The notes: generated from the letters alone by a model not told the origin. A DNA stretch of 64,000 bases from Planctomycetota bacterium (GCA_965223545.1 OZ245006.1:1152001-1216000), one strand, 5' to 3'. Shown: positions 8,636-19,736, numbered from the stretch's first letter. Made by a program: numbers and translations.

Positions 8636-9652
8636 ATGCACCGCGCCGTGACAACGGCTACGCTGCCCGGCATGCTGACCCGCCGGACCGGCGCCGTTTG
8701 CGCGGTCGCCTGGCTGACGCTCGCCGCCGCCAGTGCGCAGCCGACGCACATCAACATCCCGGGGCCCACGCCGGGGGTCTCGGTGATCGACACGATCGAC
8801 GCGATCGACGCCGAGCGGGAGAAGGAGCTCAACGAGCTGTGCCAGCGACTGCTCGACGAGCACGCCACGCAGATGTTGGTGGTCACCATCGACTTGATGG
8901 CCGAGTACGGGCACGACGACATCGACGAGATGGCCCACGCCCTGTTCAACCAGTGGCAGGTCGGACTGCGCGAAATTCACGGCCAGGACTGGGACACCGG
9001 CGTCATGGTGCTGTTCTCGCGGCTCGACCGCCGCGTCAAGATCGAGCTCGGGCGTGGCCTCGGCCGGCGCTACGACGCCGCGGCCGCGCGCGTGATCGAG
9101 CAGTACATGAAGCCCGACTTCCTCGAGGGCAACTTCGGCCACGGCCTGGTGGCCGGCGCGGTGGCGCTCGACAAGATGGTGCGCGGCGAGCCGCTGCCGC
9201 AGCCGCCGGGGGGCGGCGCGGTCGCTCCCCGCGGCGAGACCGAACCCCGACCCGGGCCAACGGCGCCCCAACCCGTGCCCTCGAGCTCCGGCGGCGGCAT
9301 CCCCTGGTGGGCGATCCTGCTGATCATCATCGTGGTCGTGGTCCTGCTGAAATCGCGGGGTGGCGGCGGGTTGTCGTTGCCGCGCGGCCGGTGGCGCCTG
9401 CCGCGCTTGCCGAGAGGCGGCGGCTTTGGCGGTGGACACCGGCGTGGCGGTGGCTTCCCCTTTCCGTGGCCGGGCGGCTCGCGGCGGCGGCGCGAACGCC
9501 GTGACGACGATCGCGGCGGCGCCGGCGGCGGCTGGGGAGGCGGCGGCAGCGGCCGGGGCGGCGGCTTCGGAGGGGGCTTCGGCGGCTGGACCGGTGGCAA
9601 GTGGAGCGGCGGTGGTTCGTCCGGCGGTGGCGGCGCCAGCGGCAGCTGGTGA
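8636..9652 (+). CDS. TPM-domain membrane protein with Gly-rich tail
   Basis: 'LFNQWQVG...DTGVMVL...DRRVKIELGRGL', one TM helix, 'GGGSSGGGGASGSW' C-terminus; exact start uncertain. Confidence 0.85.
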   Translation: MHRAVTTATLPGMLTRRTGAVCAVAWLTLAAASAQPTHINIPGPTPGVSVIDTIDAIDAEREKELNELCQRLLDEHATQMLVVTIDLMAEYGHDDIDEMAHALFNQWQVGLREIHGQDWDTGVMVLFSRLDRRVKIELGRGLGRRYDAAAARVIEQYMKPDFLEGNFGHGLVAGAVALDKMVRGEPLPQPPGGGAVAPRGETEPRPGPTAPQPVPSSSGGGIPWWAILLIIIVVVVLLKSRGGGGLSLPRGRWRLPRLPRGGGFGGGHRRGGGFPFPWPGGSRRRRERRDDDRGGAGGGWGGGGSGRGGGFGGGFGGWTGGKWSGGGSSGGGGASGSW

Positions 9653-11198
9653 GCAGCAGCGTGCTCGCCGCCCTCCTCATCGCCTGTTGCCAGGCGACTG
9701 CCCAGCCTGCCGAAGCGGCGAGCCGCTTTCCCGGCTTCGCCGAGCAAGACATGCTGCGCTACGAGGTCGACCTGACGGTCGACCTGGCCGGGAGCGCGCT
9801 CACGGGCACCATTGGCTACACGGTGCGCGCCGCGGCCCCGCTGACGACGGTGCGGCTACACGCGCGGCGGACGGCCGACTGGCAACCCCGCTTCTCGCTG
9901 CCGGCGCAATGGAGTGAGACAGACGAAGACGTGGTCACGCTGACCCTGCCGCACGCGCTCGCCCCGGGCGACACCGTCCGGTTCACCGCCTCGCTGTCGG
10001 GAACCCCGGGCGATGGGTTCTACTTCCGCGACAACCGCTACGGTGCGCGGCTGGGGTTCACCGACCACTACTCTATCCGCGCCCGCGGCTGGCTGCCGTG
10101 CGAGGACCACCCGAGCGACCGCGCGCACTTCGCGGTGGTGCTGCGCCACCCGGAAGGGACGCGCGCGCTCGCCAGCGGCCAGGCCGGGCGACCGACCACC
10201 ACCGGCGCGGGCAAGCTCGAGCTGCGGACCGAGACCCGGAGCGAGATCCCCCCGTACATGTTCGCGATCGCCGTCGGTCCGTACGCCGAAGTCGAGGAGG
10301 CGGGCGACCCGCGCCTGCGCCCCCACCTGGTGTACACCGAGGACGTCGACGCGCGCGACCGGCGCTGCGCCACCACGCCGCGTGGCTGCGCCGGATGGAG
10401 CGCACCTTTGGCCGCTACCCCTTCGGCAAGTATCGCACGGTCCAGTGCCCCACTCGCTGGGGCGGTTTCGAGGCCCCGGGGAACGTTCAGCTGTCCGAGT
10501 CGCTGTTCGACACGCCGCGGGGAGTCGGCACGCTGGCGCACGAGCTGGCGCACATGTGGTTCGGCTGCGGCGTCGGTTACGCCGAGTGGCGCGAGGTCTG
10601 GCTATCCGAGGGATTCGCCTCCTACTTCGGGCCGTGGTTGTTCGCCGAAAGTGGCGGACCACCGTTCGTCGACAGCCTGGCGGCGATGCGGGACCGTTGG
10701 CGCCGGTCGGCGGACGGTCGCACCAAGAGCGTGCGCTGGGTCGGCTTCGCGCACCCCGACCTCGCGCTCAACGCCAACACTTACCCGAAGGGTGCGTGGG
10801 TGTTGCACATGCTGCGCCGGGAGCTGGGCGACGCTGCGTTCTTTGCAGCACTGCACTCCTACTTCGAGACCTTCGCCGGCCAGTCGATCGTCACCGCCGA
10901 CTTCGTCGCCCACGTCGAGCGCAGCGCCGGTCGATCGCTGTCGTGGTTCTTCGATCAATGGCTCGATCGCCGCGATTGCCCGCACCTCGAAGCGCGGGTC
11001 GAGGACGGCTTCATCGTCGTGGAGCAGACCCAAGCCGCGGCGCCATTCCGCTGCGCGCTCGACCTCGCTTGGCGCGACGACCAAGGCGTCCCGCGCACAG
11101 CGACCCTGCAGCTGACAGACCGCCTCCATCGGCTGCCGGTGCCGGGAGGGGCCCACGAGCTGCAGCTCGATCCGGACACCTGGCTGCTGTACCGCTGA
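9649..11198 (+). pseudogene. Secreted M1-family zinc aminopeptidase split by a 1-nt frameshift near 10350-10360
   Basis: N-half in one frame ('YEVDL', 'ARGWLPCEDHPSDRA', 'IPPYMFAIAVG'); C-half in another ('FGRYPFGKY', 'GGFE', 'HELAHMWFG', 'WLSEGFASY', 'YPKGAWVLHMLR'). Confidence 0.85.
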
Positions 11199-11325
11199 CC
11201 GCCGCACCACCCGGGCGTATGATCGATGGCATGGGCCCGGGGACGCTTCGCCTCGCGCGACGAGCACCCGCCGTGCCGATAGCATCCATACCGCAACGCC
11301 ACGCCGCACTGCACCGACCCAGCCC

Positions 11326-12660
11326 ATGCGCGCACGCACCACCGTCCCGATCTGGTTGATCCCGCTCAACTTCGCGCTGGTGCTGATCGTCGGCATCCTG
11401 GCCGCGCGCGTCCTGCTGCTCGACCACCCGCTGCCCGATGCGCAGATGCAGGCGCTGCGCCTGGTCTACCGCCAGATCGAGGCCGAGCACGTCGCGCCCC
11501 GCGAGGGAGACGATCTGATGTGGTCGGCGATCGAGGGCATGGTCAACAGCCTCGACCGGCACAGCGAGTTCATCCGCCCGTCGGGGGTGGCCGACTTCGA
11601 GGAGCAGACCACGGGAAGCTACGAGGGCATCGGCATCCGCATGGTGCGCGACGCGACGCCCGCCACCGTGGAGTTTCCGATGGTCGGCGGTCCGGCCGAG
11701 CGCGCCGGCCTGCTCCCGGGCGACCGGATCGTCGCCGTCGACGGCGTCCCCCTGGAGGCGGCGGAGGGCGAGACCGTGCTCGAGGCGGCGCGCCGGGCGT
11801 TGCTCGGCCCGGCCGGTACGGACGTGCGACTGCAGATCGAGCGCGGTGACGGCGAGCGCCTGGAACGGACGCTGACGCGCGGTGCAGTGCAGCGGCGCAG
11901 CGTCAAGTGGGCGACGCTGCACGCCGACAACATCGGCTACATCTACCTGTCCGCGTTCCAGCACAACACCACCGAAGAGCTGCGCGAGGCGGTGCTGCGA
12001 CTCGATACCCGGGCCGAGGGTGGCCTGGCGGCCCTGATCCTCGACCTCCGCTTCAACCCGGGCGGGCTGCTCGAGCAGGCGGTGGGCGTGACCAATCTGT
12101 TTCTCGCCCAAGGCCGCATCGTCACGCTCAGGCGACGGCATCACGAAGTCGAACGGCACGAGGCCGTAGCCGAGCGCTGCGTGCTGCCGCGGACTCCAAT
12201 CGTGATCCTGGTGAACGGCAGCTCGGCGAGCGCCAGCGAAGTGGTCAGCGGAGCACTGCAGGATCACGGCCGCGCGCGCGTCGTCGGCGAGCGGACCTTC
12301 GGCAAGGGAGTCGTGCAGAGCATCTATCGCTGGCAGGACCTCGCCTTCCGCCTCAAGCTGACGACCGCGCACTACTACACCCCCAACGGCCGCAACATCG
12401 AGGGCGAGAACCGGCGGCCGGAAGACGGCCAAGCCGAGGGCGGCATCCCGCCCGATATCGAGGTGCCGGTCGACGACGCCATCCAGCACGCGGTGGCACG
12501 ATCGGTGCACTCGGTCGAGGTGCCCGAGCGCTACGCGGCGGCCGTCCAGCAGCTGGCCGAACGGTTCGACTTCCCGGTCGCCCAACCGCCGAGCTCCGAC
12601 GCCGACCCACAGCTGGAGAAGGCGCTCGAAGTCGCACGACAGCTCGCCGCGGGCGGCTGA
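11326..12660 (+). CDS. S41A carboxyl-terminal processing protease (CtpA/Prc-like) with PDZ domain
   Basis: 'LDLRFNPGGLL', 'SASASEVVSGALQD', 'TFGKGVVQ', 'YYTPNGRNI'. Confidence 0.93.
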   Translation: MRARTTVPIWLIPLNFALVLIVGILAARVLLLDHPLPDAQMQALRLVYRQIEAEHVAPREGDDLMWSAIEGMVNSLDRHSEFIRPSGVADFEEQTTGSYEGIGIRMVRDATPATVEFPMVGGPAERAGLLPGDRIVAVDGVPLEAAEGETVLEAARRALLGPAGTDVRLQIERGDGERLERTLTRGAVQRRSVKWATLHADNIGYIYLSAFQHNTTEELREAVLRLDTRAEGGLAALILDLRFNPGGLLEQAVGVTNLFLAQGRIVTLRRRHHEVERHEAVAERCVLPRTPIVILVNGSSASASEVVSGALQDHGRARVVGERTFGKGVVQSIYRWQDLAFRLKLTTAHYYTPNGRNIEGENRRPEDGQAEGGIPPDIEVPVDDAIQHAVARSVHSVEVPERYAAAVQQLAERFDFPVAQPPSSDADPQLEKALEVARQLAAGG

Positions 12661-12667
12661 CGGACCG

Positions 12668-15118
12668 GTGGCCGGTGCCGTCGCCGCCCGCCTCGCAATC
12701 CTGCGCCGAGCGGACGCCCTCTACGAGCTGAGCGCTCGTCTCGAAGACGGCACGGTACGCGTGTCGGCAACGCCACTCGCCGCGGACCACGCGTTGGCCC
12801 TCTGCTGGGCGCGCATGGCCCGGGTCCGCACCATCGATTCGGCCCTGCTGCACGATCTGCGCGCCGTCGCCCGGGATACGCGCATCGATCCCCTCGCCGA
12901 GCCTCCGACCCTCCAACCTCTGCGCGTCGCGCCCCCACCACCGCCACACCGACCGACCGCCGCCAATCCGCGCGCCTACAAGGGCACCAAGGACCGACCG
13001 CCCAAACCGAGGCGTCCCGATCCGCAGGACCTGCGGCCTCACCTCTGCTCCACCGTGCATCAGGACCGACTGTTCGCCGCAGTCTGCGCAGAGCTCGACG
13101 CGACCGTGGTCGATGCCGGGCCGGAGTTCCGCGACGCACCCGCCGGCTTCCGCCGCGAGCTGGCGTGGCTGCTGCGGGACGCACCGGAGGCGGCGCGAGT
13201 GCGCGCCGCGTACTGGAGCCTCGATCTCGACAGCGACACCGCGCTGCGCGCGCTGCTCGCGCTCACCCTGGCCTGCCACGGCGCTCCGGCGGCACTCGAC
13301 TGGAGCCGCGTGCTGCCGTTGATGGAACCCGGCGACCGCACCCCGATCCTCGCCCGCGCACTGGCAGCGCATGCCATCGAGGCACTGCCGCCGCCAGTTG
13401 CCGACCACAGTCTCGCCGCCGCGGTGGCAGCGTGTTCCGGACCGGCAGTCGACGCCCGGCGCGACTATGTGATTGCCTGCCTGCGGCGCGGCGATGACCT
13501 GCAGGCTGTCGTGGCGGGCTTCGCGCTCGCCGATGCCCATCTGCCGGAGCACGAGTTCACCGGCCCCCCGGCACCACCGGCGGCGGCGACTGCGATCGCG
13601 ACGATCCCCACCACCCATCTGGACGTGCTTGCCCCCCTCCGGCTCTGGCAGCAGTGCGGCTCGCGCCCGGAGCTGATCGAGGTCATCGCCGGCACCGACT
13701 GGAACAGGCTGACGCCCGACGCCGGCCGCCGATTGACGGAAGTCCTGCGGCACCCCCCGGCGCGGCGCGGAGTCGAGGCGGAGCTGGTGCAGGCCGTGAT
13801 CGACACGCCCCGTTCGCACCAAACCAAAGCCGTCGGGATCCTCTGGGACATCGTCGAGTTCTGCCGAGACACCCGCCATTTCCAAGGCGCGCTCGGCATC
13901 GGGCTCGAGGCGATGCGCGCGGTGTGCGAGCCCCCCGCCCCCACCGGCGGCCACGGCAGCTGGCCGATCGAGCGCCTCGCGCTGCTGCACGGCTCCGGCC
14001 GCGCCGACTTCGCCGCGCTGCCGGCGAGTGGCTGGCGCGCCCTGGACGCAGCGTCTGCCCGCCGCAACGACGCCGTCTGCATCGGCGCCGGCCTCCGTGC
14101 GCTGGGCGACGCCTGCGCCGATCTGGTGCGCCGGGGATTGGCCGAGCACCCGTCGCCGTTGTTGCGCGCAGCGCGCACGCTCGGCTTGCTGGCTCCACCG
14201 TACGCGGAGCTGCTGATCGAGCAGGCGATGCAGCATCCGGTGTGGTGCGACGCCGCGTCGATCGGTCTGCAAGAGCTGCTCGAACGGCTTCCCGACCCCG
14301 CGGTCACCGGCGGTTTCAACCCGGTGCCACGCCGCCTGCGCGAGTACCGAGCGGGCAAACGGTCGCTGTCGCCGGCGCAGCTCGAACGCGACACCGCGCG
14401 GGTGCGCGCCGCCTGGCCTGCCGTGGTGCTGCACGCGCTGCACCATCACTGCACGCGGGCGCTGGCCGAGTCCGCCCTCGGCGAGCACGCCGACCGCGCG
14501 TTCTCCGACGAGCGCCTGGCCCACGCGGTGTTGCTGCACGCCGAGACGGAAGAGTCCCGGCGCGCCCTGCGCCGCGCGTTGCGCCGGTACGCAGAGGACA
14601 ACTCCGCCGGAACCGAACGGCACCCGGCCAATGTCCAGTGGCTGCGCCGTCACCCGCGGGTCGACGCCACCCTGTGGACGCGCGGTGTGGTGCTGGAGGA
14701 GACGCTGCCGGATGGGCGATCGGTCCGCATCGCCATCGAACGGGATCCACTCGAGGCCCTGCGGCTCGGCACGCACGTCGGCAGCTGCTTCGGCCTCGGC
14801 GGCGCCTACAACCACTCCGCCATCGCCGTCGCGCTCGACATCAACAAGCAGGTCGCCTTCGCGCGCGACGCGGACGGCACCTTCATCGCGCGCCAGATCG
14901 TCGCCATCACCGACGAGGACCGGCTGCAGTGCCTGGCGGTCTACCCGCTGGCCACCGGCCCGGAGCTGCGCCGGTTGTTCCAGCGGTGGAACCGACAGCT
15001 GGCCGACGCGCTCGACCTGCCACTGGCGCCGGCCAAGGGCGACGTGCCCCGCGTCGAGCTCCTGGTCGCCGAGTCGTGGTGGAACGACGGCGTCTGGTAC
15101 CCGAAGGTATCGCCGTGA
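12668..15118 (+). CDS. Hypothetical protein (816 aa) with a conserved-looking C-terminal domain
   Basis: Long ORF filling the gap between the S41 gene and tsaD, coupled to tsaD (GTGA); C-terminal 'LRLGTHVGSCFGLGG...DINKQVAFARD'. Confidence 0.7.
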   Translation: MAGAVAARLAILRRADALYELSARLEDGTVRVSATPLAADHALALCWARMARVRTIDSALLHDLRAVARDTRIDPLAEPPTLQPLRVAPPPPPHRPTAANPRAYKGTKDRPPKPRRPDPQDLRPHLCSTVHQDRLFAAVCAELDATVVDAGPEFRDAPAGFRRELAWLLRDAPEAARVRAAYWSLDLDSDTALRALLALTLACHGAPAALDWSRVLPLMEPGDRTPILARALAAHAIEALPPPVADHSLAAAVAACSGPAVDARRDYVIACLRRGDDLQAVVAGFALADAHLPEHEFTGPPAPPAAATAIATIPTTHLDVLAPLRLWQQCGSRPELIEVIAGTDWNRLTPDAGRRLTEVLRHPPARRGVEAELVQAVIDTPRSHQTKAVGILWDIVEFCRDTRHFQGALGIGLEAMRAVCEPPAPTGGHGSWPIERLALLHGSGRADFAALPASGWRALDAASARRNDAVCIGAGLRALGDACADLVRRGLAEHPSPLLRAARTLGLLAPPYAELLIEQAMQHPVWCDAASIGLQELLERLPDPAVTGGFNPVPRRLREYRAGKRSLSPAQLERDTARVRAAWPAVVLHALHHHCTRALAESALGEHADRAFSDERLAHAVLLHAETEESRRALRRALRRYAEDNSAGTERHPANVQWLRRHPRVDATLWTRGVVLEETLPDGRSVRIAIERDPLEALRLGTHVGSCFGLGGAYNHSAIAVALDINKQVAFARDADGTFIARQIVAITDEDRLQCLAVYPLATGPELRRLFQRWNRQLADALDLPLAPAKGDVPRVELLVAESWWNDGVWYPKVSP

Positions 15119-16140
15119 CGCTGGTGCTGGGCATCGAGACCTCTTGTGACGAGACCGCGGCCGCCGTGGTGCGCGACGGCACCGACGTGCTCAGCAACGT
15201 GATCCACTCGCAGACCGCGCTGCACGAGCGCTACCGGGGCGTCGTACCGGAGGTCGCGAGTCGCTCGCACACCGAGCGCATCACCGGCATCATCGAAGGC
15301 GCGGTGGCGGACGCCGGCGTCGACCTGCACGCGCTCGACGCCATCGCCGTCACCCACCGCCCCGGCATGATCGGCTGCCTTCTGGTCGGCATCTCCAGCG
15401 CGCAGGCGTTGAGCTGGTGGTTGGACCGCCCGCTGATCGGCGTCGATCACATCCGCGCGCACGTACACGCCGCGTTCATGGTGCAGCCCGCGCTCCCGCT
15501 CCCCTGCCTCTCGCTGGTCGCCTCGGGCGGTCACACCGCGCTCTATCTGGTCGACGCCGAGCGCAACGTGCACCGCATCGGCCGCACCCGCGACGACGCC
15601 GCCGGCGAGGCCTTCGACAAGGGCGCCGCCCTGCTCGGCCTGCCCTACCCGGGGGGGCCCGCCATCGAGGCAGCGGCCGCGGATGGCGATCCGAAGGGCC
15701 TGGCCCTGCCGCGCCCGATGCTGCGCGACGGCTCGCACGACTTCTCGTTCAGCGGCGTCAAGACCGCGCTGCTGTACCACCTCCGCGGCAGCGGCGTCGA
15801 ACGCCCGATGCCGGAGCTGGGCCAGGCGCAGATCGCGGATCTGGCGGCGGCCTACCAGGCCGCGATTCTCGACGTGCTGGTGAGCAAGCTGGCGCGCGCG
15901 GCGGAGGCGCACTCCGCCGCCAGCGTGGCGATCGGCGGCGGCGTCGCCTGCAACGGCGAGCTGCGCCGGCGGATCGCCGCCCACCCGGGGTTGGGCGAAC
16001 GCGAGATCGTGTTTCCGCCCATGTCGCTGTGCTCCGACAACGGCGCCATGGTCGCCGGTCTCGGCACCGAGCTGCTGCGCCGTGGCACCATCGCCGACCT
16101 GACGCTGCGGCCGGTCGCCACCTCGCGGAGAGGACCGTGA
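15115..16140 (+). CDS. tsaD: tRNA N6-threonylcarbamoyladenosine transferase TsaD
   Basis: 'LGIETSCDETAAAV', 'GVVPEVASRSH', 'H...H', 'SGGHT', 'DDAAGEAFDK', 'FSFSGVKT', 'CSDNGAMVA'. Confidence 0.96.
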   Translation: MTLVLGIETSCDETAAAVVRDGTDVLSNVIHSQTALHERYRGVVPEVASRSHTERITGIIEGAVADAGVDLHALDAIAVTHRPGMIGCLLVGISSAQALSWWLDRPLIGVDHIRAHVHAAFMVQPALPLPCLSLVASGGHTALYLVDAERNVHRIGRTRDDAAGEAFDKGAALLGLPYPGGPAIEAAAADGDPKGLALPRPMLRDGSHDFSFSGVKTALLYHLRGSGVERPMPELGQAQIADLAAAYQAAILDVLVSKLARAAEAHSAASVAIGGGVACNGELRRRIAAHPGLGEREIVFPPMSLCSDNGAMVAGLGTELLRRGTIADLTLRPVATSRRGP

Positions 16141-16916
16141 CTCCCGGATTCTCGCTCCGCGATCTGCTGGCCCAGGTCGCGCGCGGTGACCTCGGCGTCG
16201 ACGATGCGCTGGCCTCGCTGGCGGAGGCCCGCACCGGCGCCGTTTCGGACTTCGCCCGCATCGACCACGACCGGGCCCAGCGCTGCGGCACCCCCGAGGT
16301 CGTGTTCTGCCAGGGCAAGCAGCCGGCGGACGCGGTGGCGATCGCCGCCGAGATCTTGCAGCGCGCGCCGCGCGTGCTGCTGACCCGGGTCGAGGACGCC
16401 CACTGGCGGGCGCTGGCCCAGCGCTGGCCCGACGCGCGGCACGACCCGCGCGCCCGCTGCGCGATCATCGGGCCGCCACCGAGGGCCAGCGGCCTGGTGG
16501 CGGTGCTCGCCGCCGGCACCGCCGATCTGCCGGTCGCCGCCGAGGCCACCGTGACGGCCACGGCGTTGGGGGCCGAAGTGCGCACTTTCCACGACGTCGG
16601 CGTCGCCGGCCTGCACCGGCTGCTGGAACCGCTGGAGGAGATCCGCCGGGCGCGGGCCATCGTCGCCGTCGCCGGCATGGAAGGCGCCTTGCCGTCGGTG
16701 GTCGCCGGTCTGGTGCGCGTGCCGGTCATCGCGGTGCCGACCAGCGTCGGCTACGGCGCCAGCTACGGCGGCCTCGCCGCCCTGCTGGCGATGCTCAACG
16801 CGTGTGCCGCCGGCGTGGCCGTGGTCAACATTGACAACGGCTTCGGCGCCGGCTATCTCGCAGCGCAAATCAACCGTCAGACGCGCGCTGAGGCGCGCCG
16901 CGAAGACCGATCTTGA
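16137..16916 (+). CDS. larB: Nickel-pincer cofactor biosynthesis protein LarB (PurE-like)
   Basis: '[19 protein letters not shown]', '[11 protein letters not shown]', '[10 protein letters not shown]', '[13 protein letters not shown]', 'PTSVGYGA', '[10 protein letters not shown]'. Confidence 0.9.
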   Translation: MTPGFSLRDLLAQVARGDLGVDDALASLAEARTGAVSDFARIDHDRAQRCGTPEVVFCQGKQPADAVAIAAEILQRAPRVLLTRVEDAHWRALAQRWPDARHDPRARCAIIGPPPRASGLVAVLAAGTADLPVAAEATVTATALGAEVRTFHDVGVAGLHRLLEPLEEIRRARAIVAVAGMEGALPSVVAGLVRVPVIAVPTSVGYGASYGGLAALLAMLNACAAGVAVVNIDNGFGAGYLAAQINRQTRAEARREDRS

Positions 16917-18049
16917 CCTCCACGACGCGCAAGCCCGCCCGCCTCGTCCTCGAGGACGGCACTGTCCAGCACGGCCGCTCCTTCGGCGCCCCGGTCGACT
17001 CGATCGGTGAGCTGGTGTTCAACACCTCCATCACCGGCTACCAAGAGATCCTCACCGACCCGTCGTACCGCGGGCAGACCGTCTTGTTGACGCAGCCCCA
17101 CATCGGCAACTACGGCGTCAACAGCGAGGACGAGGAGTCGCTCCGCCTCTGGCTGTCGGGCCTGGTGGTGCGCGAGGCGTGCCACCGCGCCAGCAACTTC
17201 CGCGCGGGCGGCGAGCTGTCCGATTACCTGGTGCAACACGGCGTCCCCGGCATCGAAGAAGTCGACACGCGCATGCTCACGCGGCGGGTGCGCACCGGCG
17301 GCGCGCTCCGGGTGCTGATCACCGAGGACATGAGCACACCGGAAGAAGAGCTGCTCGAGCGCGTGCGCAGCGCGCCCTCGATCAGCGACGAGGACCACGT
17401 CAAGGCGGTCACCTTGGACGCGCCGACACCTTGGACCAAGGGCCACGAGTCCCCGTTCTCGGTGCCGGTGCCCGACACCGGCGAAACGCGTTACTCGCTG
17501 GTCGCCTACGACTTCGGCGCCAAGCGCAACATCCTGAGGTCGCTGGTGGCCACCGGCTTCGACGTCACCGTGGTGCCGGCCGACACTCCCGCCGAGGCAG
17601 TGCTCGAACGCAAGCCCGACGGCGTCTTCCTCAGCAACGGCCCGGGTGACCCGGCGGTCGTCGACTACGCGGTGCGCGCCGTCTCACAGCTGGTCGAGCG
17701 GGTGCCGGTGTTCGGCATCTGCCTGGGCCACCAGATTCTCGGTCAGGTGTTCGGCGCCAAGACCTTCAAGATGAAGTTCGGCCACCACGGCGGCAACCAA
17801 CCGGTGATGGACCTGACCACCGAGAAGGTCGAGATCACCTCGCAAAACCACTCGTTCGCCGTCGATCCGGGCGCGCTGCCGGATCGGGTCGAAGTCACCC
17901 ACAAGAACCTCAACGATCAGACCGTAGAGGGGCTGCGGCACGTCGAGCTGCCGGTGTTCTCGGTGCAGTACCACCCCGAGGCGGCTCCGGGCCCACACGA
18001 CTCGCTCTACCTGTTCGAGCGGTTCCGCGACGTCATCCGCGGCGCCTGA
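16913..18049 (+). CDS. carA: Carbamoyl-phosphate synthase small subunit
   Basis: '[21 protein letters not shown]', 'LSNGPGDP', 'GICLGHQ', '[14 protein letters not shown]'; TTG start. Confidence 0.97.
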   Translation: MTSTTRKPARLVLEDGTVQHGRSFGAPVDSIGELVFNTSITGYQEILTDPSYRGQTVLLTQPHIGNYGVNSEDEESLRLWLSGLVVREACHRASNFRAGGELSDYLVQHGVPGIEEVDTRMLTRRVRTGGALRVLITEDMSTPEEELLERVRSAPSISDEDHVKAVTLDAPTPWTKGHESPFSVPVPDTGETRYSLVAYDFGAKRNILRSLVATGFDVTVVPADTPAEAVLERKPDGVFLSNGPGDPAVVDYAVRAVSQLVERVPVFGICLGHQILGQVFGAKTFKMKFGHHGGNQPVMDLTTEKVEITSQNHSFAVDPGALPDRVEVTHKNLNDQTVEGLRHVELPVFSVQYHPEAAPGPHDSLYLFERFRDVIRGA

Positions 18050-18055
18050 CGCACA

Positions 18056-19702
18056 TCAGCGCATCGCCGCCTGTTCGTGCAGGCGCTTGTCGTAGAACTC
18101 GAGAAAGAACGGGTTCCACCGCCGCTCTTCCCGCGCGAACTGGTCCATGTCGTCGAGCTCTGAGAAGTAGTCCAGCTCCGACCATTCGTCGGGGAAGTCG
18201 ACCGGCGACACCCGCAGCGCGTTCTTGCGCTCCTCCATCAGGATCAGCGGGTGCAACACGACGTCTTCGCCGCTTTCGATCCGCATCAGCACCGACCGGC
18301 TGCGCCGCAGAACGAACACGCGCCGCTCCTCGTTGCGCTTGAACATGGACGCCATGTGCACCGAGAACACGTCGCTCTTGGTGGTCACCAGGTCCATGAA
18401 CTGCTGCTTGATCTCCGGGTTGCCCAAGTTCTCGAACTCCGGCAGCTGCTCGAGGTCGGCGACCTCCTCGAAGATCTTGCGCCGCACCGTGGCCCCCAGG
18501 TCGAAGTCGGCGTAGGTCGCCTCGTCGCCGTAGCCGCCGTCGCCGGTGTCTTCGACCTCCTCGTTGCGGTAGCGCAGGATCGCCTCGATCACGCTGTCGG
18601 GCACCTCGTGCGTCGAGAACAGGCTGCGCAGCACGGGGCGCGACGCGGTGTTGATGTTGATCCGCACGCCGAGCCCGATCGGCTGCTCGGGCGGCGCGTT
18701 GGGGTCGACCGGCTCGGGCACCGGCGGCGCCGCGGCGGCGGGGTCGGCATTGCCGTCGGGACCGGCGGGGTTCTGTCCCGGCACGCCGGGGTCCATCACC
18801 TGCGACGTGTAGACGGTCAGCACCGACTCGAGGCCGGGGATCAAGCGCCCATCGAGCACCTTGTTGTAGAAGATGTCCTCGGTGACCTCGCGCAGCAGCA
18901 GCAAGTCGTCCAGGTGCAGCATCGGCGTCTGCTCGACGCCGAGCTCCTGGTCGCTCTTCAGCGGCGGCCGGGGCATGGCCTCGGTCCGGCCCCGCCCCTC
19001 CATCCACTCGACGATGTAGCGCGCCAGATCGTGGCCGTGGGTCGAGCTCAGGTCGAACTCGGTGCCCTCGCGCATCGCGTCGATCAACCGCACCAGACGC
19101 TCCCGCGAGGCCTCGGCGAACTCGCGATCGGGGCTCAGCAGGGTGAGGATGTTGAACTTGCGGTTCTCGTCCTCGACCCACACGTAGGTGGTGAGGTCGT
19201 CGTCGGCGTAGCCGGTCGGCTCGTACCAAGAATCCTGGCTGCTGTCGGCGGCACTCGCGCCCTCACCGGCACCCTCGCCCTCGCCCTCGCCGGGGAGCCC
19301 GCTCTCCCCACCCGGAGCCATCCCCGGCAGCGCGTTGCCGAGATCCCCCATCCCCGGCGCGGCCCCCAAGCCGGCGCCGCTGCCCGCGGCGCTGGCCATC
19401 AGGTCGTCGACCAGCTGCTCCTCGACCTGGCTGAGCGTGTAGGTCATGTGGTTCTGCATGCGCGCGAGCAGGGCCTCGTTCTCGCCGCTCAAGCGCGCCA
19501 GGCGGGCGGTGACCACCAGCTCGGCGACCAGGACGTAGAGCAGCACGACGAAGATCAGCACCATGATCAGCGCGATGCCGCGCTGGGACCGCGCGACTGC
19601 GCGGCCGGGCATCGGCCGCGGTCTGCAGTCAGCGCCGAGGCGTTCACCCGGCGCCATGGGATCTTGGCTGGTGGTCGTCACGAGCGTGGAGGTCGCCAGC
19701 AT
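18056..19702 (-). CDS. gspK: GspK-like minor pseudopilin (type II secretion protein K)
   Basis: Prepilin site 'SQRG|IALIMVLIFVVLLYVLV', 'EDENRKFNI', 'RININTASRPVLRSL'. The true start may be a downstream Met. Confidence 0.78.
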   Translation of the reverse strand: MLATSTLVTTTSQDPMAPGERLGADCRPRPMPGRAVARSQRGIALIMVLIFVVLLYVLVAELVVTARLARLSGENEALLARMQNHMTYTLSQVEEQLVDDLMASAAGSGAGLGAAPGMGDLGNALPGMAPGGESGLPGEGEGEGAGEGASAADSSQDSWYEPTGYADDDLTTYVWVEDENRKFNILTLLSPDREFAEASRERLVRLIDAMREGTEFDLSSTHGHDLARYIVEWMEGRGRTEAMPRPPLKSDQELGVEQTPMLHLDDLLLLREVTEDIFYNKVLDGRLIPGLESVLTVYTSQVMDPGVPGQNPAGPDGNADPAAAAPPVPEPVDPNAPPEQPIGLGVRININTASRPVLRSLFSTHEVPDSVIEAILRYRNEEVEDTGDGGYGDEATYADFDLGATVRRKIFEEVADLEQLPEFENLGNPEIKQQFMDLVTTKSDVFSVHMASMFKRNEERRVFVLRRSRSVLMRIESGEDVVLHPLILMEERKNALRVSPVDFPDEWSELDYFSELDDMDQFAREERRWNPFFLEFYDKRLHEQAAMR

Positions 19703-19736
19703 ACAGACGGCCGCGCGCGCTTGGGTCTTCCCGGAA

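Noticed and set aside
13654..16140. 828-aa ORF suggesting a TsaD fusion (likewise 3198..5345, 4160..6169, 15417..16916, 37517..39214, 39218..41287)
   Set aside because: The N-terminal parts are out-of-frame overlaps with upstream genes; true starts are at stop/start overlaps.
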